64,000 nucleotides of DNA from an uncultured Gammaproteobacteria bacterium (lineage in GTDB: Bacteria > Patescibacteriota > Microgenomatia > Levybacterales > UBA12049): NCBI GenBank assembly GCA_964540055.1, contig CAZILC010000002.1, positions 5,663 through 69,662 on the forward strand, read 5' to 3'. Position numbers and translations under genes: made by a program. The stretch's first letter is position 1, and each line of letters opens with the position of its first letter. The notes under the pieces were generated by a model that searched no databases, was not told the DNA's origin, and was given only the letters and a program-made list of their open reading frames with translations. Shown here in pieces: positions 47,820 to 56,245 of this stretch.

Positions 47820-48500
47820 CTAAACTTCTGGCGTTGCGGCTAATCTGAAGATTTCAGCAAACATAAATGGAAAATCTTGAGTAGACGCCGGAGTACTCTC
47901 AACTCCCTCAACATTGTCTGGAATAATAGGATTTTCTTGTCCCACATGTCCTCGGGTTACAACCACAAGGTTTTCACTAGCATCACGACGCAATTCCATT
48001 CTAATTCTAGCATCATCTTTTGGAGATATTGATGTGCGGCGTCCATGAGCCGGTGTTTCATGCCCTCTCACCAGAGCAACGGCCACTAAAGGAGTATATG
48101 TCATACGCCCGCTTTTGTATTCGGGACCACTTCTATCTAAAGCAGCCAAAATTTCCTCTTCCTTTCTTTCTACAAGTCCTAATAATTTCCTTCTCTCTCC
48201 TCTTACAAGCAGTTCATCAGGCAGGTGCTGAGATCTTGCACGAAAAACTAATCGAGGACCATCATTGGCAGCTCCTTCATAAGCATATACGGCTTGTGCA
48301 CTAATATGCCTACCTTTAGCCTCAACTCGATTATTCATTTGGAATACGCCGGCATCTCGCCTCCAGTCACCGAGAAATGTGCCTATGGCTGCAACACCGG
48401 TCATAACGAGTGATGGTGATGCAGATCGTTGATATCTCGAAATGGCACCAGCCATACGATTGATCAATATTTCGGTAGGATGCTCAGGAGTTCTTGCCAT
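47820..48500 (-). CDS. hypothetical protein (orphan H)
   Basis: 226-aa ORF, R/G/A/E-rich, with no TM segment. A near-consensus promoter lies directly upstream. I recognise no family. Confidence 0.55.
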   Translation of the reverse strand: MARTPEHPTEILINRMAGAISRYQRSASPSLVMTGVAAIGTFLGDWRRDAGVFQMNNRVEAKGRHISAQAVYAYEGAANDGPRLVFRARSQHLPDELLVRGERRKLLGLVERKEEEILAALDRSGPEYKSGRMTYTPLVAVALVRGHETPAHGRRTSISPKDDARIRMELRRDASENLVVVTRGHVGQENPIIPDNVEGVESTPASTQDFPFMFAEIFRLAATPEV

Positions 48501-48508
48501 GCGATGTT

Positions 48509-48536
48509 ATTATAAGCTTTACTAATAATATGTCAA
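48509..48536 (-). promoter_or_regulatory. near-consensus sigma70 promoter of orphan H (leaderless geometry)
   Basis: On the minus strand: TTGACA (48536-48531), a 16-nt spacer, TATAAT (48514-48509), 8 nt, then the ATG at 48500. Confidence 0.55.
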
Positions 48537-48543
48537 ACAATAT

Positions 48544-49098
48544 TTATAAGGGTTTACGGCGAAGCTTAAAAAGATATCCTACAAATGTTGTTAATGGATG
48601 AAGCAGTGACCACACGATAAATAAAATAATATATTCAACAACAGGCAACCTAATATAAAGCAGACTAAACGCAACTCCGCCTACTATATAGTCAATCTGA
48701 TCAAATGGAAACCAGCTTCTTCCTGGCTGAATATTTTTCTGGCGTTTGAAAAAACTTTTTGCCGAATCACCGAATAATGCACCAAATCCCAAAAGGCCGC
48801 CTAAAATAAAAGGATTTATTTCAGAATAGTTCACATAAACCAATTGTCTTACACTAGTAAAATTAGCATAAAACCAAACCTCAAGTGCACAAATAACAAT
48901 ACCGATCACAATTGCTGCTGCAAATCCGCGAAATGTTTTATGATTTCCCAGAATTCTTTTTCCTTTATATTTTTTAAAACAATCAACCGGATAGTTATAT
49001 TTTTTTAAAAATCCAATCTTTCCTGCAGCAAAAGCCCCTAGATTTGCAAATCCAGCCGGGGCAAAGAACCATAGAGAAAAGAAGATTGCGTGAAACAT
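48544..49098 (-). CDS. CDP-archaeol synthase (CarS, DUF46)-like CTP:lipid cytidylyltransferase
   Basis: 184 aa with about 5 TM segments. 'FFAPAGFANLGAF', 'GKRILGNHKTFRGF', 'GALFGDSAKSFFKRQ' and 'PFDQIDY' follow the CarS-family motif order as I recall it. Confidence 0.72.
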   Translation of the reverse strand: MFHAIFFSLWFFAPAGFANLGAFAAGKIGFLKKYNYPVDCFKKYKGKRILGNHKTFRGFAAAIVIGIVICALEVWFYANFTSVRQLVYVNYSEINPFILGGLLGFGALFGDSAKSFFKRQKNIQPGRSWFPFDQIDYIVGGVAFSLLYIRLPVVEYIILFIVWSLLHPLTTFVGYLFKLRRKPL

Positions 49099-49159
49099 AC
49101 GTTATGAATGATTCAATTATACAATTTTTAACTATACCTAGCTTGAATTTGTATATAAA

Positions 49160-50071
49160 CTAGATAAAAAACGGTAAGTACATTTGATCGATTTGCTTGG
49201 TGTCATTTCGCAAAAATGTGACTTGTTTTGGCATAATTTCAATCTCGACTCTCTCCCGTTGCAACACCGGATCTCCATCAATTTGTACATACGGCTCGCC
49301 CTCTATTCGAATATGTTTTGCTTTAAACCTGACCTTCCCAAGTTCCGAATAGAGTGGGTGTTTAAAACCTTTCAGTCTAAGATTGGTAATATAAGCATAT
49401 TTTGTTGAAAACAATGTGCAATCCAATACTCCATCATTCAATTTAGCGTTGGGTGAAACTATGTAATTTTGTCCGATTACCGGACAATTTGCAACGACCA
49501 GCGAGGATGCCCGAGCATTTAATGTCACACTTTTATCAATCGTCAGCGTTATTTCCTGTTCGGGATGAGAAACAAAACTTCGAAGTCCAGACAAAACATA
49601 GGAACGAAATCCTATATATTTATAATGCTGTCTGTTAAATACAATTCGCGCATCAAATCCCGCACTCACACTAAAAACACCTATACTGTGTCCCGGAAGA
49701 TTGGTTTTGAGTAAATCAACTGTTATTGTATAATCCTGTTTTTTAATAACTGCAAGAGCCTTTTCTATTGTTTCCACTCCTAGGCAATACGAAAGTGCAT
49801 TTCCAAAGCCAAATGGAAGTATTGTGAGGAGAGGTTTTTTTGTCATTTTTGAAATCACCCTGCATACTGCATTGATCGTGCCATCACCACCTGCAATTAC
49901 AATTAATTTTGGCTTGTGTTGTTTAATAATGTCTTCTAATGATACTGTTGTAATATCAATCGGATTTTTTGGAAGAGAGTTGTTTCGTTTACGGGCTACC
50001 TGCCATAATTTCATCGCGGTTCCTTCATTTGATTTGGGATTTAACACATACAAAATATCATCAGCAGACAT
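49160..50071 (-). CDS. diacylglycerol-kinase-family lipid kinase (YegS/DagK-like)
   Basis: 303 aa with 'LIVIAGGDGTINAV' and 'LPFGFGNAL'. Confidence 0.85.
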   Translation of the reverse strand: MSADDILYVLNPKSNEGTAMKLWQVARKRNNSLPKNPIDITTVSLEDIIKQHKPKLIVIAGGDGTINAVCRVISKMTKKPLLTILPFGFGNALSYCLGVETIEKALAVIKKQDYTITVDLLKTNLPGHSIGVFSVSAGFDARIVFNRQHYKYIGFRSYVLSGLRSFVSHPEQEITLTIDKSVTLNARASSLVVANCPVIGQNYIVSPNAKLNDGVLDCTLFSTKYAYITNLRLKGFKHPLYSELGKVRFKAKHIRIEGEPYVQIDGDPVLQRERVEIEIMPKQVTFLRNDTKQIDQMYLPFFI

Positions 50072-50073
50072 AG

Positions 50074-50745
50074 TTAATTTTCTCCAAATAATACAACACT
50101 ATTTTTTATGCGGTTAATCATTGGATATAAAAAGGTATATAAGGGCGCGTAATTTTTTTCTAATAGCGCAGTTGTTAAAAGATGCTTTAATGTTTGCTCT
50201 GTGGGAAAATCCGATACATTGCTAGTGCCAAATCCCAGTCCCCGACATCCATGAGCATCACTACTGGCAGCTTGCGCAATAGTATTTGCTTGAGCAAATT
50301 TGAGTGCTAATTTTTGCTTACCTCTGAATCGTCCACGTCCGTTAAAAACTTCAATAATATCGATATCCTTTGCAATTCTGTTTACTGCTGATAATTTCAA
50401 ACCTTTTCTCAATTTTTCAAATGGATGAGGAATATAGACAAGACCACCCTGATATTTAATACTCGCGATCGCTTCATCAAGATCAATACCACCCGGTACT
50501 GTCTCTTTGAGATACAAACCGATAATCTCACCATCAGTCGTTTCTATCTCTTCGCCAATTATTATTCTTTCCCCTAATTTTTTTTGTAAAATCCTCGCGA
50601 AACTGGTTTCATTATGATCAGTAATTGCAATACAATCCAACTCTCCTGACTGAAGAACTTTTTCATACTGCGCGACAGTAATGCCTCCATCTTGTGATAT
50701 GATAGAGTGGGTATGAAGATCAATTCTGTAACGCGAACCTTTCAT
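50074..50745 (-). CDS. PHP-domain phosphoesterase
   Basis: 223 aa with 'IDLHTHSIISQDG' and 'AITDHNE'. Confidence 0.85.
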   Translation of the reverse strand: MKGSRYRIDLHTHSIISQDGGITVAQYEKVLQSGELDCIAITDHNETSFARILQKKLGERIIIGEEIETTDGEIIGLYLKETVPGGIDLDEAIASIKYQGGLVYIPHPFEKLRKGLKLSAVNRIAKDIDIIEVFNGRGRFRGKQKLALKFAQANTIAQAASSDAHGCRGLGFGTSNVSDFPTEQTLKHLLTTALLEKNYAPLYTFLYPMINRIKNSVVLFGEN

Positions 50746-50753
50746 ATTTCCTT

Positions 50754-51341
50754 ATGTTGAGCAAACAAAAATCTTCAATAGAACCATATCTGGAGCCACT
50801 GGTAAAAAGTCTGGCAAACGTTCCTCCCAACACCCTTACGCTACTAGGAAGTATACCACCTATCCTATTTTTTGTCTTTATGCTCTCTCACTGGTATATC
50901 CTTGCTCTTATTGCACTTATCGGAAATGGATTTGATATGTTGGATGGAATGGTTGCCAGAAAATATCACAAGGTAACAAATTTTGGTGGATTTTTGGATT
51001 CGACGATGGATAGAATTGCTGATTTTCTTATCATTACTGCATTTGCTTTTTCGGGGATTGTGAGTTGGGTAATTGTCGCGCCATTTCTCCTTTTCGCATA
51101 TTTGACAAGTTATGTGAGAAGTCGAGGGGAACTGGCGAATCCCAATGTGAGTTTTGCAATAGGACTTATTGAAAGATCAGAACGCCTCATATTAATCTTT
51201 ATTGCATTACTTATTTATATACTTTTCCCCACAATAAATTTCTTCGGTTTCAATATCGCCGAAGTGTCATTTATTTTTCTTTCTCTCGTATCACTGTATA
51301 CAGTGATACAGCGAATTGCTCACGCCTACAACAAATTATAA
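50754..51341 (+). CDS. CDP-alcohol phosphatidyltransferase (probable inositol-phosphate-lipid synthase)
   Basis: 195 aa with the complete motif D-x2-DG-x2-AR-x8-G-x3-D-x3-D in 'FDMLDGMVARKYHKVTNFGGFLDSTMDRIAD'. It lies next to MIPS. Confidence 0.88.
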   Translation: MLSKQKSSIEPYLEPLVKSLANVPPNTLTLLGSIPPILFFVFMLSHWYILALIALIGNGFDMLDGMVARKYHKVTNFGGFLDSTMDRIADFLIITAFAFSGIVSWVIVAPFLLFAYLTSYVRSRGELANPNVSFAIGLIERSERLILIFIALLIYILFPTINFFGFNIAEVSFIFLSLVSLYTVIQRIAHAYNKL

Positions 51342-51358
51342 ACAGCCACGTTGACAAA

Positions 51359-52453
51359 TTATTTTGAAGAATATCGCTCAATAAAATCTTCAACTTTTTC
51401 TCTTGCTATTGCATCGGTAAACTGCACGGGTGGGGATTTCATGAAATAAGATGAAGGTTCGATAAGCGGTCCGCCCAATTTATTGTCCAGTGCAAGCTTA
51501 CAACATCTGAGTGCGTCAATAACGACACCTGCTGAGTTAGGAGAATCCTGAACTGACAATCGTGCCTCAATATGCATCGGCACATCACCAAAATGACGAC
51601 TTTCAATTCTGATAAATGCAACCTTGTTATCTTTAAGCCATGGCACCCAATCACTTGGTCCAATATGCACATCCTCCGGCGCAATATCTTTATCATGAAG
51701 ATCTATTTGAGAAGTAACAGCCCGGGTTTTAGAAATTTCTTTTGATGTGAGTCGTCGACGCTCAAGCATATTTTGAAAATCCGTGTTCCCCCCCACATTA
51801 AGCTGGTATGTGTGATCAATCGGCATCCCCCGATCCAAAAAGAGGTTTGCTAATACCCGATGCACAATTGTCGCGCCGACTTGAGATTTGATATCGTCAC
51901 CGACAATCGGAACCCCAGCATCAATAAATTTTTTCCTCCACGTTGGATCTGATGCGATAAATACCGGCAAACAATTTACCATTCCGACCTTTGCTTTCAA
52001 ACAAACATCCGCCCAGTATTCAACAGCTTTTTGACTTCCAACTGGTAAATAACAAATCAGTACATCTGCTTTTACTTTTTTTAAAATCTCAACCGGATCA
52101 GGTATAGACTGTTTTGCGGGTTTGACCAAATCCTGCACATATTCACCGATTCCATCCAGTACTGGTGAATTTTGAACGATAACTCCTAATTTGGGCACTT
52201 TTGCAAAAACGACGGTATTATTTGGTTTTGCGTAAATTGCCTCTGCTACATCTTTTCCTACTTTGGTTACATTAACGTCAAAAGCCGCAACTACTTCAAT
52301 ATCCGAAATCGAATACCCACCAAGAACGGGATGCATGAGTCCTACTATGGAATCATTTTTCGTTGCGTCTTTGTAATAAGTTAATCCCTGCACCAAAGAT
52401 GATGCACAATTTCCAATTCCAACAATTGCTATTTTTATTTTTTTCTCAGACAT
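51359..52453 (-). CDS. ino1: myo-inositol-1-phosphate synthase
   Basis: '[16 protein letters not shown]' and the overall length are typical of prokaryotic MIPS. The start is moved to the Met at 52453. Confidence 0.9.
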   Translation of the reverse strand: MSEKKIKIAIVGIGNCASSLVQGLTYYKDATKNDSIVGLMHPVLGGYSISDIEVVAAFDVNVTKVGKDVAEAIYAKPNNTVVFAKVPKLGVIVQNSPVLDGIGEYVQDLVKPAKQSIPDPVEILKKVKADVLICYLPVGSQKAVEYWADVCLKAKVGMVNCLPVFIASDPTWRKKFIDAGVPIVGDDIKSQVGATIVHRVLANLFLDRGMPIDHTYQLNVGGNTDFQNMLERRRLTSKEISKTRAVTSQIDLHDKDIAPEDVHIGPSDWVPWLKDNKVAFIRIESRHFGDVPMHIEARLSVQDSPNSAGVVIDALRCCKLALDNKLGGPLIEPSSYFMKSPPVQFTDAIAREKVEDFIERYSSK

Positions 52454-52523
52454 AAAAGCAAAGAATACCAGAATAAATTCCATTTGTAAAATTAATCAAT
52501 TTTATGATATATTAATATTTCTT

Positions 52524-53378
52524 ATGATTGAAGAATTACGTAGATTTCTAGAAATGGCAAAAACTGGCAATGTAACCAGAGCCGCACAACATCTTTATAT
52601 AACACAATCAGCGTTAACTCAATCAATCCATCGTTTGGAAAAAGAATTACAGACCAAACTTTTCTCACAAAAAGGCAAACAATTATTTCTCACTCAAGAT
52701 GGAAAATCCTTAATTATAATTGGAGAAAAAATACTTCAATTGTGGACGAACGCGCATGACCCGTATATGCGCACCGTTCAATTACCTACGTTTACTGTTG
52801 GGATGTTTGATAATGTCGCTCTTCGCTTGAGTAAATTCTTAAAAAATAATTTGCAGAATGATAGATATCATCTCGAACTGATTATTGAATCATCGAGCAA
52901 ATTATTGACCAGGCTACAGTTGGGAACTGTTGATGCAGTACTATGTATTTTTAATGACACATATCAAATCCCAAGTCATGTTACACTTTTACATGAGTAT
53001 TCTGAAAATCTTATTCCTGTCTCTTCCCAAAACTTTAAGAATACATCAATAGAAAAAATTCCTTTTATCCTCTATAACAAAGATTCTTATACAAGAACTT
53101 ATATCGATGAAGAATTTATTAATCATGGAATACAACCTACTATTTATGTTGAATCAACAAGTGTTACTTTTATGAGAGAACTTGCATTACTCGGAAGCGG
53201 TGTAGCATTATTGCCGGAAAATTTTGTAAAACAAGATCTAGAGCAGGACAGACTGAAGAAAATAAAAATGCCAATGCGTTGGACAAGAAAGTATGGATTC
53301 TTTGTCCAAAAACAATATAGTCCTCAAATACCTTTTGTTAAAGATTTGCAAATTGCAATTAAAAATTACTTGTGTTAA
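52524..53378 (+). CDS. LysR-family transcriptional regulator
   Basis: 284 aa with the N-terminal wHTH '[25 protein letters not shown]'. Confidence 0.9.
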   Translation: MIEELRRFLEMAKTGNVTRAAQHLYITQSALTQSIHRLEKELQTKLFSQKGKQLFLTQDGKSLIIIGEKILQLWTNAHDPYMRTVQLPTFTVGMFDNVALRLSKFLKNNLQNDRYHLELIIESSSKLLTRLQLGTVDAVLCIFNDTYQIPSHVTLLHEYSENLIPVSSQNFKNTSIEKIPFILYNKDSYTRTYIDEEFINHGIQPTIYVESTSVTFMRELALLGSGVALLPENFVKQDLEQDRLKKIKMPMRWTRKYGFFVQKQYSPQIPFVKDLQIAIKNYLC

Positions 53379-55165
53379 TTTCTCAACATATTATTGCTAA
53401 AGTATTTAATTTCATTGAGAAAATCATCTGCGTAGCGAGTGAGTTTTTGTTTTCCGACTCCTTTTATTTCTGCAAATTCTTCTTCTGTCTTGGGTTGTGA
53501 ATTTGCCATTTCTTTGAGAGTCGTATCGGAAAAAATAATATAAGGTGGTACATTTTGCTCATCTGCAAGTCTTTTACGAAGAGTTCTGAGTTTTTCAAAT
53601 AATTCAGGATTTTCTCCATAATCTTTTTTCATTTTCTTATCTTTTCTGACCGCAGGCAAATATAACATGACTTGTTGGTGATATTTTAAAATTTTTGTAC
53701 TTTTCGGTGTTAAGTTGAGTACAGGATACTGATCCTGGGTTTGTTCTAAAAATTCTAAATGAATTAATTCTTGAATAAAAGTTCGCAATTGGTTTTTTGA
53801 AAAATCCGAAACGATATTGTATGTTGAAAGTTGGTCATGCCCGTTTCTTACAATTTTCTGATCGGTTGAGCCGGTTAATACATCAATAACATATCCTGCG
53901 CCAAATCGCTGCTCAACTCGATAGACACATGAGAGAATTTTTTGTGCAATGATTGTCGCATCAAACTTTTCTGGAGGATTTGCGCAGTTATCACATGAAT
54001 TACAATTTTCTAATTCAAAGCTCTCATCAAAATAGCTTAATAACACTTTTCGTCTGCAGGTTTTTGTTTCGGCAAACTGCACCATTTTTTTCAAAAGTTT
54101 TTTAGCGACTTCCTGTTCTACAATACTTTTCCTACGGATAAAAAATTCAATCCCTGTCTTGTCAGCATAACTATAAAACAAGATGCATTCACTTTGCAGG
54201 CCATCACGCCCAGCGCGTCCGGTTTCTTGATAATAACGTTCAAGATTTGAAGGCAAATCAGAATGGATCACAAAACGGACATTGGGTTTATCAATCCCCA
54301 TTCCAAAAGCAATTGTAGCAACAATAATATCCACATCTTCCTTAATAAATGCCTCCTGATGCTTATGTCTTTTTTTATCATCAAGACCAGCATGGTATGC
54401 CAACGCCTTTATGCCATTTTTGTTTAGCATTTCTGCAGTCTTATCAACCTTCTCACGCGATTGACAATAAATAATTCCAGATTCATGTGGATGTTTTTTT
54501 ATATATTCCAAAATCTGATCCGATACACCTTTTTTAGGTAAAACCGTGTAGTGAAGATTAGGACGATTAAAAGATGCTGTAAATGTTTTAACGCTATGCA
54601 AACGCAAATTAGTAACAATTTCTTCTCTTACCCTAGATGTCGCAGTTGCAGTCAATGCTACTATTGGAACTTGCGGGAAAAATTGTTTTAATAATTTTAA
54701 TTCTTTATATTCCGGCCGAAAATCGTGTCCCCATTCGGAGATACAATGGGCTTCGTCGATCGCAAATAAAGAAATAGGTATTTTTTGTAAAAACTCTAAA
54801 AATGCTTGTTGCATTAACCGTTCAGGAGCAACATAAAGGAGACGAATTTTATTCTGTACTATTTTTTCAATAATATCATCCTGTTCTTTTCGATTTAACG
54901 AACTATTGAGATAATTACAAGCTATTCCATTCTGACGCATACTGTCTACTTGGTCTTTCATAAGTGCAATTAATGGAGAAACGACAACTGTAAGTCCATT
55001 AAAAACTAAAGCAGGAAGCTGATAACATAAAGATTTTCCTGCTCCCGTTGGCATCAACACAAAATTATCATTCTTTGCTAAGATACTAGTAACAATCTCT
55101 TCTTGCAACGGACGAAAAGATTTGTATCCAAAATATTTTTGCAGAACTATATATACTTCTTCCAT
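53375..55165 (-). CDS. recQ: ATP-dependent DNA helicase RecQ
   Basis: 596 aa with '[14 protein letters not shown]', '[17 protein letters not shown]', a Zn-binding Cys cluster and a C-terminal HRDC-like region. Confidence 0.93.
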   Translation of the reverse strand: MEEVYIVLQKYFGYKSFRPLQEEIVTSILAKNDNFVLMPTGAGKSLCYQLPALVFNGLTVVVSPLIALMKDQVDSMRQNGIACNYLNSSLNRKEQDDIIEKIVQNKIRLLYVAPERLMQQAFLEFLQKIPISLFAIDEAHCISEWGHDFRPEYKELKLLKQFFPQVPIVALTATATSRVREEIVTNLRLHSVKTFTASFNRPNLHYTVLPKKGVSDQILEYIKKHPHESGIIYCQSREKVDKTAEMLNKNGIKALAYHAGLDDKKRHKHQEAFIKEDVDIIVATIAFGMGIDKPNVRFVIHSDLPSNLERYYQETGRAGRDGLQSECILFYSYADKTGIEFFIRRKSIVEQEVAKKLLKKMVQFAETKTCRRKVLLSYFDESFELENCNSCDNCANPPEKFDATIIAQKILSCVYRVEQRFGAGYVIDVLTGSTDQKIVRNGHDQLSTYNIVSDFSKNQLRTFIQELIHLEFLEQTQDQYPVLNLTPKSTKILKYHQQVMLYLPAVRKDKKMKKDYGENPELFEKLRTLRKRLADEQNVPPYIIFSDTTLKEMANSQPKTEEEFAEIKGVGKQKLTRYADDFLNEIKYFSNNMLRN

Positions 55166-55282
55166 ATTACTAAATTTACCTTCTGAGTACTTGAATCAAA
55201 CTGCCTATGATAGAGGATAGTCTAATAAAAATAGACTCAGTAAACAAGACAACAATTACTATCAAAGATATACACTATTACA

Positions 55283-56137
55283 TTAGTAAATAAAATAGTC
55301 AAGGATCTGGAGAAATCCATCCTCATCTACCGAAGAACCGAAAAAATATTTACCAACGCCTTTTGTTTTAGCCAAATTTTTTAGCTCACTGCTTGCATCT
55401 CCCACTACTCCGACATACTTACAAATGCTCATAAAATTCCAATCGCCTATCGTATCGCCGATACCAAGCGTTTCTTCAGGAGTTATTTTTAAATAGTTAA
55501 GTACATCAATTGATGCGTCTTTTTTCGAGACACCTTTTATTGTCACTATAGTATTTTCTGCTGGATAAGTAGCAGGATGATGAGACCAAATATAATGAAT
55601 TTTATCTTTAAAAGGTGCAAGTATTTTTTCTATTTTTTCTTTTTCACTAGCGGAATGTGCAAACTGAATAATTTTTATTATATCTATCCCATCAATTCGA
55701 TCTAATAAAGAATCTACTGTTATTTGTTCTTTTTGTAGTATCTCTCTACGTCTTTTAGTAAAATGATTTACATGATCTTTTTGCAGATAATATTCATTTG
55801 CTCCATACATTTCAGTATATATATTGTTAGCAATTGAGGATTTGATAATTTCAAGTGCAAGTGTTTTATCGAAAAGATGTTGCTTAATAATTTTGTTGTC
55901 TAAAGGATCGATGATTAATGCTCCGCCATCGGTAATATGAGGATTTCGTAAATCTGCTTGGATAATAATTTCTTTGACTGCATAATTAAATTTAGCAGTA
56001 CACAAAACAACTGGTATATGCTTTTTATGTAAAGCTTTTAACCTATGTATAATTTTTTGATTTGGCAATGGAAAATTAACTCCACTTTTCTTACCGACAA
56101 TAACACCATCTACATCAGTTATTATAGCTTTTACCAC
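55283..56137 (-). CDS. Cof-type HAD-IIB hydrolase
   Basis: 284 aa with 'IITDVDG' (DxD motif) and 'GIGDTIGD'. Confidence 0.82.
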   Translation of the reverse strand: MVKAIITDVDGVIVGKKSGVNFPLPNQKIIHRLKALHKKHIPVVLCTAKFNYAVKEIIIQADLRNPHITDGGALIIDPLDNKIIKQHLFDKTLALEIIKSSIANNIYTEMYGANEYYLQKDHVNHFTKRRREILQKEQITVDSLLDRIDGIDIIKIIQFAHSASEKEKIEKILAPFKDKIHYIWSHHPATYPAENTIVTIKGVSKKDASIDVLNYLKITPEETLGIGDTIGDWNFMSICKYVGVVGDASSELKNLAKTKGVGKYFFGSSVDEDGFLQILDYFIY

Positions 56138-56245
56138 AAAATAGATTATACCAGGTAATATTGTTCCATTTGATATTGATTAAATGTGGTATTATGGTAC
56201 TAAGTCTTGTTGCTTCATTAGAAAAGCGTGGCTCTTGTATGCCAC

